A DNA stretch of 64,000 nt from Selaginella moellendorffii (taxonomy: Eukaryota > Plantae > Lycopodiophyta). Under the pieces are notes generated by a model that worked only from the letters and a program-made list of their open reading frames with translations, had not been told where the DNA came from and searched no databases. Positions 1 to 12,095 of the stretch are shown in pieces. The stretch covers positions 2,459,839 to 2,523,838 of the forward strand of contig NW_003314267.1 of assembly GCF_000143415.4 (NCBI RefSeq). Direction: 5' to 3'. Within the stretch, counting starts at the first letter, position 1; each line of letters starts with the position of its first letter. The position numbers were made by a program, and so were the translations under genes.

Positions 1-961
1 CAAATAACCCAGACTGGGAAGTAAATAAGCCGCAAGAGCACCCACGAAAGAGCAAACAAGCCAAACAGGACATCTGGAACAACACGGACTCCCGCATATT
101 TTGACATCTTGGCCAGCTCCAAGAAAACATCACTCGCATCATGTAGTGCGAGCACGACGCATCCTATCCGAGCAAATCTGCTTGCACCAAAATAAAGCAC
201 CACGAACTTGACAGGCTCCACGAGAATATTAAAAGAACCAACCTGGTCCAATACGAAAACGAAATCAAGCCAAAGGTTGCCACATGGTGGGTCATGCTCA
301 CTCCGAAATCCTTTCTTCGCGTTTCCCAAAAGATAAGAGCAAATATGCTGTAGGCATAGAATCCCGCCGCAAAAGCATACAGGAGCTTGAGCTTCACCCT
401 GGAAAAAAAGAAACAAAAATGAAGATCAGTACGAGAAACACTGTTCCAACTAGAAACTAGTTAAAGATCAAAGAACAAAACTCTAGAACTTGTTCCAGAA
501 AAATCAAAGAACTCGAAAAACTTGGAAGGAAAAGAAAACCTCTTACTTGATGGTTTGATTCGGCCACGTTTGATCCCCGGGTCCGACCCAAATGCTGTAG
601 CTATCGGTCAGCCAAGTCTCGTTATAAGTCACATATAGCGCAAAGATCTCCGCGGTGGTGTAATAAACGCATTTCCAGCCCGACTCTTTGAATTTAATCT
701 GTGTCTTCCTCAGCGCGTCCCTATCGGCGTCGCTCAGCTTCCTCAACTTGGACTCGTGCGTGCCAAACACCGATTTCCTGCTCAATTTCTACGCGAGCGA
801 GCTCAAATCTGCCAGAAATCCGCATTGCCGCTTACCTCGAGCACGAATCGATCCAAGAAGAAGCGGCAAACCGGGAATCCTATCGCGAATATCGGCGCCA
901 GCGTCACAAGATCCCAAAAGGAGGGATCGATCTCCCTGTTGAGCTGCCGGGCGAGCTCCAT
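1..961 (-). CDS. LAG1/ASC1/LOH-type ceramide synthase (TLC domain), multi-exon, 3' end runs off the window
   Basis: ATG at 961 ([18 protein letters not shown]...). Exons give [19 protein letters not shown]|[25 protein letters not shown] and [20 protein letters not shown] (Lag1 motif). Confidence 0.93.
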
Positions 962-1140
962 CGCCGCGATTCTCTGGGAGAGAAAGATTAGGGCGGCACA
1001 ACGGTGACAAAATATTTCTTTTATCGCGAGTCCGTTAGAATCTTAAAGGCAGGATCGTACATTTTCGGTACACTCGTACGGCCCCGCCCTATATGACACA
1101 AAAAAGCTCGTTCGTGTAGTTCTTCGTTCTTCGCGTTTTC

Positions 1141-4100
1141 TTACTTCCATTTCTCTCGGAGCTCCTTTCTTTGCGACAGCACCATGCTCACGGCGATGGC
1201 CACCACCAGCACCACGATCGTGATGAGCAGCAAAGCGTAGCTAAAGTCCTCGGTGAGCGAGTCGTAAGTTCGCGATGGCGCTGTTCTCGTGAAGAACAAA
1301 TCGATCCCGTAGGCGAATACCAAGCACGTCGATTCTAGCCGAGCAGGGACGCTGATGATCCCCCGGAGTTCCTCCACTCGAGCCGCGTGTGTGAGATACG
1401 ACTGCCAAGAACACGGCCTTTAGAACAGTCCCGAAAAGCAAACGACGCAAACCTGTGGAAAAACTGGGAGACCCTCGGAAAGAGGAATCACACCTTCCTC
1501 CCTTTCCATGGGAGTCGGATCCGCGGACCTGCGTGGATCCAAAAACCGCTTGTCCAGAGCGATTACCTGCGGGAAAACGATCTAAAGTTCGTCCAAACTC
1601 CATCAAAGTTGCTCGCTCACCTGGTTTCCTATAGTACCAACGAGTATTTGCTTTCCCGTGATGCCTCTTGCAGTGAACGTAACACTCATTGTCCTGACTG
1701 TGGACGGGAAAAAGTAGCTCTGTCCCTTAACTTCCAAGTTGCGTGGTGAGAACGACGAAAACGGGACGCTGGCGTTGTAGCGTCCCAGCATTAATTGAAG
1801 CACATCTTTCCCGTCCTGCGTGCGAAAAGAAAGTCAAGAAAAAACTCTCCTTTCAAGCTCAACTTGTCAAAAAAGACGTTACCGCGGATTTGTCATAAAC
1901 TTCCAACACAGACATCTCGTGACGGTGGTTGCGCACATTGAAGTAGCAATAGACAACCCAGTTCTCGCTGAAAACCTGTTGAGAAATCCATCAGCTCTTG
2001 GAAGAAAAGAGAAAGGTGATTCTTTCTTTACCGCGTGAACGGGACCCTGTGCGTGTGCATGCGAGACACGATGGAGAATTTGGCCAGTGACACTGTCAAT
2101 AAGGTACGCAACTAGCCACGTCTCTTCCGGGTTGGCGGCGCCAACTCTAGAATCTTGAGGTGTCACTGTTGCAACGAAAACCATGTTTTTGTTGAGATAT
2201 TTGTACCATACGTCACGATTGCCCAGAACTTTAGCTTGGGTGTGCACCATCTGTGACGAGAAAATCAGAACCATATCAAGAAAAGAAGATCAAGACCCGA
2301 AAGTTACCTCATCTGCTCTTCTCGTTGTGATTGCCGCAATAGTTTCCGAGTCCTTCGGAAACAGTACAGACCATATCTTTTGCGACAGGAAAACCAGTCC
2401 GCCTTCTTCTCCAGAGTCTATCTGCGACTTGATGTTGTATCCTTCTATTTGCCCGGCTCCTTTATCAGCTATGTAGAAGTAGACGTTCTGCATGTACTTC
2501 TCGAAGAGGCTCAAGCTCTCGTCGCTCGTAGGATAAAGATGAGCCTTGTTCTGGTCGTCAATAAGTAAGTGGAGCCTTCGTTCCGATGAATCTACGAGTG
2601 GCAGAGCGAGAGCAAGCTTGACCGAGTAAGGAAGTGCCAAGGTTTCCTGCACACTGCCTGTGAGCATGTCTACCCAGGCCGCAAACCCAGTTCCATCGTG
2701 GGACGATCCCAATACAAGAGCAACCGGATTCTCGTCGACGTGCTTGTGAGGAATTCTCCACGGATACAGCTTCAAGGAACCTTTCGTCGACAATTCAGGA
2801 ATGAAGCGCGACCACACTATGCCGCCATTTCCAGTATGAAGAGCGAAAAGCTTTCCGGAACTTGTGAGGACGACTATGAGCTTCCTAAAACCGTTGTGAT
2901 CACGCGTCATTTTCGTCTTGTCTGCGTTATTCAGGCGCAAGGCTTGTAAAGCCGTCTGCTCCTCGGCTGTTGCAAGCATAAGCGTGGATTTCAAGCGCAA
3001 AACATGCCCCTGCATAAACAGCAAGTTGACGTCTCAACGTTGCAAACATATTTCGTTACCTTGAGCCACTCGTAGAGATCGTGCTCGACTTCTGCGACAG
3101 AAACACCAGCTTTTTCCAACGGAAGCTCAGCAGTCAAAGTATCCACGACGGAAGCAAGTGCTTCCTCTCTGCTCCACACCACCTTTCCCTGCTGCAGCAA
3201 AGCCAAGGAGTGATCCTGTCCGACTATAAGGACCCTGAATCCACGGCTTCTATCTGTTTTGATGTAAGCGTTCATGAACACTTTCTGTACCCCTCCCTTG
3301 TTTGGATCTACCTCCACTGTCTCCTCAGCAGTCTCAATCCATTCCTTGCCACTGAGCACACGGACGCGAATTTCTTTGGAGTTGACACGCTGAAGGAACG
3401 ACTGCGCAAAAGTACCATCGAGAACGATGCTGTTACTGACAACCGCTGGCCCCTGGATCTGTTGAAGCACTTCCACACCTTTCTTGTCCAATCCCAGAAC
3501 AAAAATGGAGCCGCCGTCTGTAGAAAGGACGCAACCTCCAGGGATCTTGTCTGGTAAAAGCTGCGCGCTTGAAACTGGCGAATCGAGAAGTGTAGCAAGA
3601 CTTGTCTTTTGCAGCTCTACCACTTCGCCTTCCATAAGACCAGTAACAATGTCTCCCTGAGTATCCAGAGCCGCGAAAACTCCAGAGCTCAAAACGAAGC
3701 TAGAAGGATTCAACGGTTCGGTTGTCTTTAGAGTTGTGAAAGCGCCAGTGCTCGCATCGATGCGGAAAAGTGCGATGGATGATCCAGAAAACCCAGCGAC
3801 GTATATATTCTTGCCTTCAAAGCTCAAGGAGGTCTGAGCCAGCCTGCTACCATCCAAAAACAAAATCAAACTTTCACCTCGAACATTAGTGGCACATACC
3901 TTTCATCCAGCAAATCCGCAGTCCAAAGAAGCCGGCCGTCGGCACTTGACACGACATAAACTATCCCTTGTTTCAGAACAAGTAGATCATCAGACTGCCA
4001 CACAAGAAACAGTAAATCGTCAAGAGAAATGCAAAAGCGAACTCCATACCGGCAGGAGAAAAAGCTGAGCAGGAGATGGCGAAGTGTATAACGAAGTTTC

Positions 4101-4632
4101 CCAGATAAGTGAACCGTCAGGAAGATGGAATGATCTCAAGGAGCCTCCTCGAGACAATGAGACCGCATCTAGATCATCCGAGAAAGCCTTTCAAACACAG
4201 GAAGAAGAACAAAAAGAAAAAAAATGCTTACATTTGCCAAGAGCTACTTGGAGTCCATCAATCGGCTCCGACTCCTCTAGAACTTGCCTCCAAACTGGAA
4301 TCCATCTCGTAAACTCTTTCAAGCCCATAAGAGAACTTACAAATCTCTCCAGAGCGAAGATTGAGTGATGCGACCACGCTCTTCTCTGTAGCTACAATAA
4401 CGCGCTTCTTGCCGCTAGCAGTCTGGAACACTGCGTGAGTTACTTTTCCAATGTATTCCTGGTGCCTGCAATGGAGAAAACTCGTTTCTAAGCATGGATC
4501 CCATCCTTTTGAGCTCAGCATTCTCACTCACCAGTCCCATAGCCCGACCTGATCCTCGTAAATCGCATCACAAGCTGCGAGCACCACGAGCAGCAGCGCC
4601 GGCGCAAGGACCCAGCGCCTCCAGCTCCCCAT
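1141..4632 (-). CDS. EMC1: ER membrane protein complex subunit 1, multi-exon
   Basis: Signal peptide plus IYEDQVGLWDW N-terminus, DHNGFRKLIVVLTSSGKLFALH, and a C-terminus LESTCLVFAYGIDLFFTRTAPSRTYDSLTEDFSY with a TM helix. Confidence 0.95.
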
Positions 4633-4689
4633 TATCCAAGAACCCTAATTAAAACTCCAAGGGGGAAATAGTTTTAGGGCTCATCAGCT
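4633..4689. promoter_or_regulatory. Ultra-short divergent intergenic region with inverted telo-box-like motifs
   Basis: Only 57 bp separate the EMC1 and PRCC ATGs; AACCCTAA at 4641 and TTTTAGGG at 4672. Confidence 0.55.
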
Positions 4690-5759
4690 ATGGAGTCCCT
4701 TCTCGCGTGCTACGCATCCGACGAGGAAGGAGAGGAGGAAATTCGCGCGCCAGTGACAAGTAAGTCCTCGATTCCTCCATTGCCAGAGCCGCGGATCAGC
4801 AATGGCGACCAAGGGAGAGGCGGCAAGAGCATGTTTAGCTTCCTTCCGGCGCCGAAGAGGAACAAGGGGCTGGATTATCACCCGCCGATCGACACCTCGG
4901 CCCTGGATGAGGAAGAAGATGCCGGCAATGCGAAGAAGAAGCCGCGATTGGACGAGAAGGAGATGACCGTGGTGGGGGGATTGGTATTGCCGGCTCCCAG
5001 GAACAGTTTGGGGATTGGGGGCGCTTTGGGTGGAGGCCGTGGCCAAGCTCTGGATTTTTCTAGCCACGGTTCTTCGTCACTGCCAGAGAGGAATCTAGAT
5101 CAGGAAGAGATGGTTCCTTCTAGCAGCGAAAATGTGGAGGAGTCGGGATCTCAAGAGGGTCTTTACTACGAAGATCCTTTTCCAGGATATCAGACACAGG
5201 GATACGATGGTCTTTCGCAGGAAGAAAGCTATCAAGGCCAGGAGAATGGCTATGAGGGCCTGGAAAGTGGTGCTTTCTACGAGGATCAAGGACAGGATCA
5301 TCCATACCAGTACTACGAGGGAGATGCTGTCTATGATCAAGCTCAAGCCCAAGCTCCTGTGGAGGAGGATCCGGTTGCGAAGGCTATGAGGCAGGAGAAT
5401 CGGAAAGGAAGAGTGGAGCCGGTTAAGTTCGTCCAGATCAAGCAGGACGATCTCACCGCCAACAGGCCGCGAGAGGATCAGCTCCGGATGACTGGCATCG
5501 CGTTTGGCTCGACGTTTAGCTCCGTGCTTGACGTAAGTTTTTGCGATCTTCTTCTTTGTTCTTCCTTGGTTCTGACCGGTGGTGTTTTGATTTCCAGAAG
5601 AAGGATGACGAGGAGAACAAGCCTTCCAAGCTCCACAAGAAGAAGCACCAGATCGGATCGCTGTACTACGACATGAAGCAAAAGGAGTTTGAGCTCATGG
5701 AACGCCGCGCCAGAGGGTTCTTGAGCAAGGCTCAAACTCACGCAAAGTATGGCTGGTAA
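4690..5759 (+). CDS. PRCC: PRCC-family proline-rich nuclear protein (one intron near 5533-5597)
   Basis: MESLLACYASDEE N-terminus; C-terminal KKHQIGSLYYDMKQKEFELMERRARGFLSKAQTHAKYGW is the PRCC motif. Confidence 0.88.
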
Positions 5760-5861
5760 GAAAACGGGGAAAACAAAACTAGGAAGAAAAAAAGAAGAAA
5801 AGATGGAAGAAAAGAATGTTTAAAAGGCTTTTAAAGACGAAAGGTTTTTAGGGTTCTTGCA

Positions 5862-6800
5862 ATGTCAGTGCTTGGCGCATATAGCTTCCGCGAGGAGAGA
5901 GTGCCAAGGTATGGCTATGGCGGCATCGATCGCGGCATACCAAGGGTGGGCTACAATGGTAGCAACGAGAAGGTGGTCATCAAATCGATGAACCAAGATC
6001 CCAGGGTCTTCGACATGGATCGCATCGAGGAAGAGTTTGATCTCATGATAGAGTGCGAGCACAAGAACGTCCTCAAGGCTCTCGACGTTGGCACCGACGA
6101 GCACTACTACACTTACATGGTTTTGGAGTATATCGACTGTGATCTCATGGACTTCTTCGGCCAGGACAAGGTCTACTACAGCATCTCCAAGGCGGACAAG
6201 ATCCGGGAGATCCTGCGCCAGATTCTTTTAGGGCTTGCATGCATGCACGGACGTGGGGTGGCGCACCAGAACGTCGGCTACTACAGCCTGCTGGTCAAGC
6301 GCAATTACAACGAGTTTGTGGTCAAACTGGCGGATTTCAGCTGTGCGAGGAGGATTACGACGCCGGCGAATCCGGAGATTGCGGGATCACCGGAATACAG
6401 TGCTCCGGAAGTTCTTCGCATGGAAGCCGAGAGGATGGGAGCTAAGGCTGATATTTGGAGTGCCGGTGTTGTTTTCTTGCAGATGCTAATGGGATACAAC
6501 CCTTTTTACCCTGGGATTAGCCATCAGCAAGAGAGAGAAAAGGTGGTGGGCGAGATTCATAGATTTCTTGACGAAGATATGTTTAAGTTGATTGAGGACA
6601 AGGCTGCAGTGGAATTGTTGAAAGGTATGCTAGCTTGGGATCCAGAGAAGAGATTTACTGCCCAAGAAGCGTTGGATTCACCATACTTAGCGGTACAAAC
6701 ACCACCGGTTATTAGAGAAAACAAAGTCGTGGTGAAAGTAGAAGATCGCCCCTCTACAGGTTTTTGGACAGAGATTGCGAAGATCTTCTCGCTTGCTTGA
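5862..6800 (+). CDS. Intronless CDK/MAPK-like pseudokinase
   Basis: Kinase fold (VVIK, YSAPE, DIWSAG, KRFTAQEALDSPY), but the catalytic loop reads HQNVGYYS and DFG is DFS. Confidence 0.85.
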   Translation: MSVLGAYSFREERVPRYGYGGIDRGIPRVGYNGSNEKVVIKSMNQDPRVFDMDRIEEEFDLMIECEHKNVLKALDVGTDEHYYTYMVLEYIDCDLMDFFGQDKVYYSISKADKIREILRQILLGLACMHGRGVAHQNVGYYSLLVKRNYNEFVVKLADFSCARRITTPANPEIAGSPEYSAPEVLRMEAERMGAKADIWSAGVVFLQMLMGYNPFYPGISHQQEREKVVGEIHRFLDEDMFKLIEDKAAVELLKGMLAWDPEKRFTAQEALDSPYLAVQTPPVIRENKVVVKVEDRPSTGFWTEIAKIFSLA

Positions 6801-6831
6801 TATTGAATAAAATTTCCAGCTTACAAGGCTT

Positions 6832-9800
6832 TTAGTACGCGGAGTTACTGAGAAAACTTACAATGCACCTGTTTTTCTGGAGGAGCTCGTCTAGTCTCTT
6901 CCATGTCGAGCTTTGCACTTGACGCAGCGTCTCTGCTTTGTGTCGCAGCTGCGAGTAAGTGAGAATGCTCTCGCCGTGGATCTGCGGTAAATCGAAAGCA
7001 TTAATCGCTTCCAAAAGTGATGGAGAGAAACTTACTCGAAGCACGAGCAGCATTACTGCCTGGACAAAGTCGAAATCTCTGTTTAGAGAGGTAGCTTTGA
7101 TGAGAAAGTCGATGAGCGAACCGATATCCTGGATCTGTTCCTCGGGAGCATCCTCGTCTACTATTTGCAAGAAGCGAATTTCGGCGTCGAGAGATGACGA
7201 TGTCAGGCTTTTCATGTGCTCCAAAAGCTCCAGACCTTGAGAAAAACAAAAGTTAGCTGCTTCTAAAGAACCAAAAGAGCTTACATTCTCCGCCTCTGGC
7301 AAAGTCGTGAACGAGCTGGATAAACTGCGATGGCGTGTCCGCTCCAGTAGATAAAGACTGCAAACGGACCGACTTGGTTTTCTGCGAGTCTTGGTCTGGA
7401 GCAGCGAACGCAGGGACACCAGAGAGAGAAGGAAGCGTTGGCAAGAAAAACGGAGCTCTCTCTGGTTTTTTAGGCGCTGCTATCGGTTTGTTGCGAACCT
7501 GGAATTCATCATAGACATTAGAAGTCTTCCTAGAAGAACTTTGCGTACCTTGACTGTATCAAGATGCACAAGACCTTGCCACTGGTTTTTCGGAAGTAGC
7601 GATAAGGTTACCAGCTCTGGAGTGATTTGAGCAGTGCTGGGGAGCTCGGACTTCTCTTCTAGGCCAGGCAACTCAATATTATCCCGAGAGACTTTTTCTG
7701 GATTACTGTCCCCGTCTTCTTCTGGCCGAGATCCGGTCGACGATGGGAGCGCGACATCTTTTACGGCATTTCCGCTTCCAAGTTCAATATCTCCAGCAGA
7801 GTACATGTAGCGATTACCCCTGCAAATTTTCAGAATTAAAAAACTAAGAATAAAGGAAAAAAAACTAAAAGAACTCACCAAAGATATATGCCTTTATGAT
7901 TTACGTGACATGTAGCCAACATGTCCATGCCTGGTGATAGAGAGAGGGCCGTGATTGCAGCATTTACACGCATTGCGTCCAGTTGCTTTGCTGCAACCAC
8001 ATCCCATACTCTTACAGTTGCATCCATAGCCGAGGACAAGAGCCATTTCCCATCCTCACTGAAAGTGAAATCGGTGATCCGGTCTGTGTGGCCCGAGAAA
8101 ACTCGAACCAGCCGCACTGCCACCATGTCGTACAATCTTATAACGTGGTCGTCTGACGATACCGCAGCGAGGCCTGACAAAAGAAGCAGAGGGTTACTCA
8201 AGTTCTTGAAGATGACGTACCGTTCCCACGGTGGTAAGTCATTTTTATTATCGGAGAGCCGGGACTAATAGAGGCTTTTAGCTGCAAGGACTTGAAGTTC
8301 CACACCTGAAATCGCAAGGTCTGGCAGTGATAACACAGTGTCCTCAGCCATACCTTGATGAACTTATCGTAGCCAGCGCTGAAAAGGCACGCGTTCGTCG
8401 CATCTGAAGCGAGACCATGCACTGCTCCTCTATGCGCGCTTTGATCAGCCAACGTGCCATCGCGGTATGAACCACGGTGAAGTCCCGACTGCAAGTTAAA
8501 CCGCTCAATGTGTCCTGACGCAGTACCAAGCGTCACAAAATTTCCGCAAGCACTGATACTGCAAATCTGTCAAAGGATAACATTTGATCATGACAAAACA
8601 TGCTAGAGTTCTCACTAACCTTCACAGGGCTAGGCTTCTCAGGGCAAGGCTTGAGGACATGCTCGCCAATAACAAAGTTCTGTAAACGCCAGGTATATGC
8701 AGAGCAATCGTCCAGATGACATGTGACGACATTGCACCAGTCCCGCTCTCGGATTTCGGCTGCAACGCAATGACGTTGTGATTAGTTTTGTTTTCCACTT
8801 CACAAAAATTTACCTGCGTCAAAAGCGACGATAGGTGCGAGCTTTATTTCTTCTTCCTGAGAAGCTGAACAGCAACGAAGTTAGTACAAGCATGAAATCA
8901 ACAAACACCGACCTTTAGCTTTAGCCTTTTAGCGCGCTTGGTTACATTCCCTTGAGAAAGCTCTCTGCTCTGTTGATCCTGATATATATATATGCAAACA
9001 TGTGCTAAGATAAGATCCGAATTTATAACTCAAGAACTCACTTGAATGGTCGAAAATAAGCGGAAAGCACGGTCTTGGCCACCGGACAAGATGCATCGCC
9101 CGTCACCGTAGTACCTGCAAAAACTCAAGATAAGCATAGGCAACCAAAAACTCTCGAAGACCTTATGCACGTAGGTGGAGCGCTGTGACCACTCCTGTAC
9201 CGCAGAAGCCTTGCATCACCATCTAATGAATCAAATATCCACATCTGCGAGAATTGACGATAAAGTAAGTTGCCAAGGAAAATAGCAGAAAGAGACAGAG
9301 GGAAACCAAACCTTCAAAGAATTGTCCTTTGAGTTGCTCATTAATACAGGTTCGTTAGCTAGAAAATGCAAAGACGCTACTTCTGAGTCGTGAGCGTCGT
9401 TGATAACAGTCTGCAGTTTCTTCTTTTCCAAGTCCCAAATACTTATGGCACCGGATGATCCTCCGGCAGCCAAGAACGCGTGACCATCTGTAGGATACAG
9501 TTCATATACAAGATACACAAAGATATCCAGCATGCATACCTGTCCTGAACGAAAGTGCCGTCACACCCCCTCTGGTAGTATGTGTAAAAGTGGCAATAGT
9601 TTCATCGTATCGGATATTGTGCACATGGATTTTCCCATCTCCACACCCAATTCCAACGACGTCCAGCGCGGGAGACGATACGCAAGTAAGAACGGGAGAG
9701 TTCCATCCTTTGAACTCATGGACCATCTTTCTGGATTTAATATTCCAAAGCTGTAATCGACCATCCTCGAAACCAAAAAGAACCTGTCAAATAAGGGGAC

Positions 9801-10503
9801 GCACATAAGTTGGCAATGAGAAGTTCACAATGAGATCACTAACCTTGTCAAGGTATGTCTGTGGATGCATCAAGCATGTCACGCCACGACCAAAATGGAG
9901 TTCTGCAATCGGTTTACCGTCTCCCTTCGTAGAAAGAATACCCGTGTCCCACACACATACGTGTCCTTCAGTGTCGGAACTCAAGATGAAGTGGCCGAAT
10001 TCCAGGAGATATTTAATTTTGCTCGAGTGAGCTTTCCACACAGCGATCTGAATCAATCAAGTTTCAATCTTAGCAGAAACTTGCAAGAGCAACCAAACAA
10101 AAAAAACAGAAAAGGCAAAAAAATATATCACACCTGGTGTGCTCGATCGAAAACCACTACATTCTTTCCACTGGCTGCAAACGTAAAGCCTTCGTAGCAA
10201 GCCAACGCTCTGATGGATTTTTCCAGCTGAGGACCTGCTTAAAACAATGAAGTTACTCACCTCTGCTTGCAAAAGAAAACACAAACCGACCTACAAAAAC
10301 CAGCAGTAGCTTCGAGCACTGCAACACACAATCCCGTCAAGAAAGGAAACTCGCGCAAAGAATCTGGCAACACTCACATTGAATCGCTGCCACGCCTTGC
10401 CGACGCTCACCGTGACGAGCGTCTCAACGCCGCTGCGCTGCACTGCGAATGGGACGCCATCACTGATGTAGCCGATCGCCCGGAAGGCTTCGAAAATGCC
10501 CAT
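6832..10503 (-). CDS. UTP21: U3 snoRNA-associated protein 21 (WDR36), multi-exon
   Basis: MGIFEAFRAIGYISDGVPFAVQR start, HPQTYLDK, many WD40 repeats, and C-terminal LVTLSLLPKNQWQGLVHLD / DFDFVQA. Confidence 0.95.
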
Positions 10504-10639
10504 GCCGCCCTAAAACCCTAAACCCAAATTTTCGACACTCCCGGGATTCGAACCCCAATCGGTGACCCTTTTTCGATTCGCCTTTACTGCGACTATAAAA
10601 TAGAGCTCTTCTCCATAGGGTTTCTCCATAGCTTGAGAG

Positions 10640-11416
10640 ATGAAAGTGTTGGGCAGATATAACTATGCGTTTGGATATGGCGAAAGCTCTGCGGTGGCGC
10701 ATGGATACGATGATCTGGGCGAGAGAGTAGTGATAAAAAATATGGGCAAAGGCGAGGAGGTTCACAAGCAAATCCTCAAGGAGTTTGAGATCATGGTAAA
10801 TTGCAAACACGAAAACGTTTTGGACGTGATTGACATGGGGCTAGACAAGGATGGGAATTACTACATGGTATTCGAGCATACTGATGGTAACATGTTGGAG
10901 TACCTAGAAATGGACCTTTCGAAAGCTGGCAAAGAATCTGAGCTTGGTTCGAGGTTTTTCACCAGGGAAGAGAAGATCAAGGAGATAATGCGCCAGCTCC
11001 TTTTAGGGCTTGCATGGCTGCATGAACGTGGGGTGGCGCACCAGGGCATGACAAAAGATAACGTCCTGGTGAAGGTCAAAGGATGCGATTTCAAGGTGAA
11101 GCTGAGCGATTTTAGCTGTGCAAGGAGGCTTTGCAACAATCCCCCAGAAACAACCCTGAAAGTGGGAACCGCGGAGGACATATGGAGTGCTGGGATATTG
11201 CTAGCGGGGATGCTCTTGCCATTGGAAATGCCTGAGCTACCAGAGAAAGAGGCTAAAGGAGAGGTGTTGGAGACAATCAAAAAATTTCTCCGGGACTTGG
11301 ATGATTTGATCAAGGACAAGGACGCCCTGGAGTTAGTCAAATCGATGCTAGCGTCTGATCCAGTTACTGCCCGGCAAGCTTTAGCTTTCAGGTATTTACA
11401 TCGCAATACCCAATAA
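10640..11416 (+). CDS. Intronless pseudokinase, copy A (paralog of 5862-6800)
   Basis: VVIK present; catalytic loop HQGMTKDN; SDFSCARR; activation segment/APE largely deleted. Confidence 0.82.
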   Translation: MKVLGRYNYAFGYGESSAVAHGYDDLGERVVIKNMGKGEEVHKQILKEFEIMVNCKHENVLDVIDMGLDKDGNYYMVFEHTDGNMLEYLEMDLSKAGKESELGSRFFTREEKIKEIMRQLLLGLAWLHERGVAHQGMTKDNVLVKVKGCDFKVKLSDFSCARRLCNNPPETTLKVGTAEDIWSAGILLAGMLLPLEMPELPEKEAKGEVLETIKKFLRDLDDLIKDKDALELVKSMLASDPVTARQALAFRYLHRNTQ

Positions 11417-11520
11417 CATATGAGAATATCTTAGATACGAACTATTGTAAGAAGTATAGATTACAACACTAAGTAAAAAATATGAGTTGTGTCCAACACG
11501 AAAAGAAGATAAGTAAAATG
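11342..11520 (+). repeat. Direct repeat of 19643-19812 (pseudokinase 3' end and downstream flank)
   Basis: tcgatgctagcgtctgatcc...tatgagtt...gataagtaaaat recurs at 19643 and, inverted, at about 30170-30341. Confidence 0.9.
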
Positions 11521-12095
11521 AGATGACAGGGATGATGCCTCAAGGGACACAGATGTTGCTCCACAGCATAGGGAGGTAATCTTTTCAATGAAAAATCTAC
11601 AACATTCTCTTTTGCTTTTGGTTGTCTTTGGTTTTCTCCAGAGACGAGAGTCAGCCGCAAGGGTGCTCATGCCGCCTCCCTGAGCCATGATTTTGGTCGC
11701 CAGGAACAACTGCAACGCAAGCTATTCTTCTAGCACCAGTGAAGATGCGATGCTGAGCTGCAATTCTTCGTCGGGCATCAGCTCTGAGGTGATCAAGGTC
11801 ACTGATCCTGAGGCATTTGTCGAATTCGTGAGTGCGGGTGAGTGCGGGCGAGAGCTTGTCATCCTTCTCAGATCCTCCAATGACAGCTATAACGACACAG
11901 TTGATGAGTGAAGGAAGAAGAAACTAAAGCTTCCCCTATGAAAATTGTTTTATTAGCCGCGAGACACGCAATACACTATATGAAGCTAATGGTTCACAGT
12001 CTTGTAATGGTGATTTTAGGACATTTATAATATTATTTCTGATGGATACAAAATAGCTGGTAATTATTTTATTTGGACATTTCTGTGTATTTTCC

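Noticed and set aside
11520-11940. Short ORFs between pseudokinase A and the lectin gene
   Set aside because: Stop-interrupted with no recognisable family.
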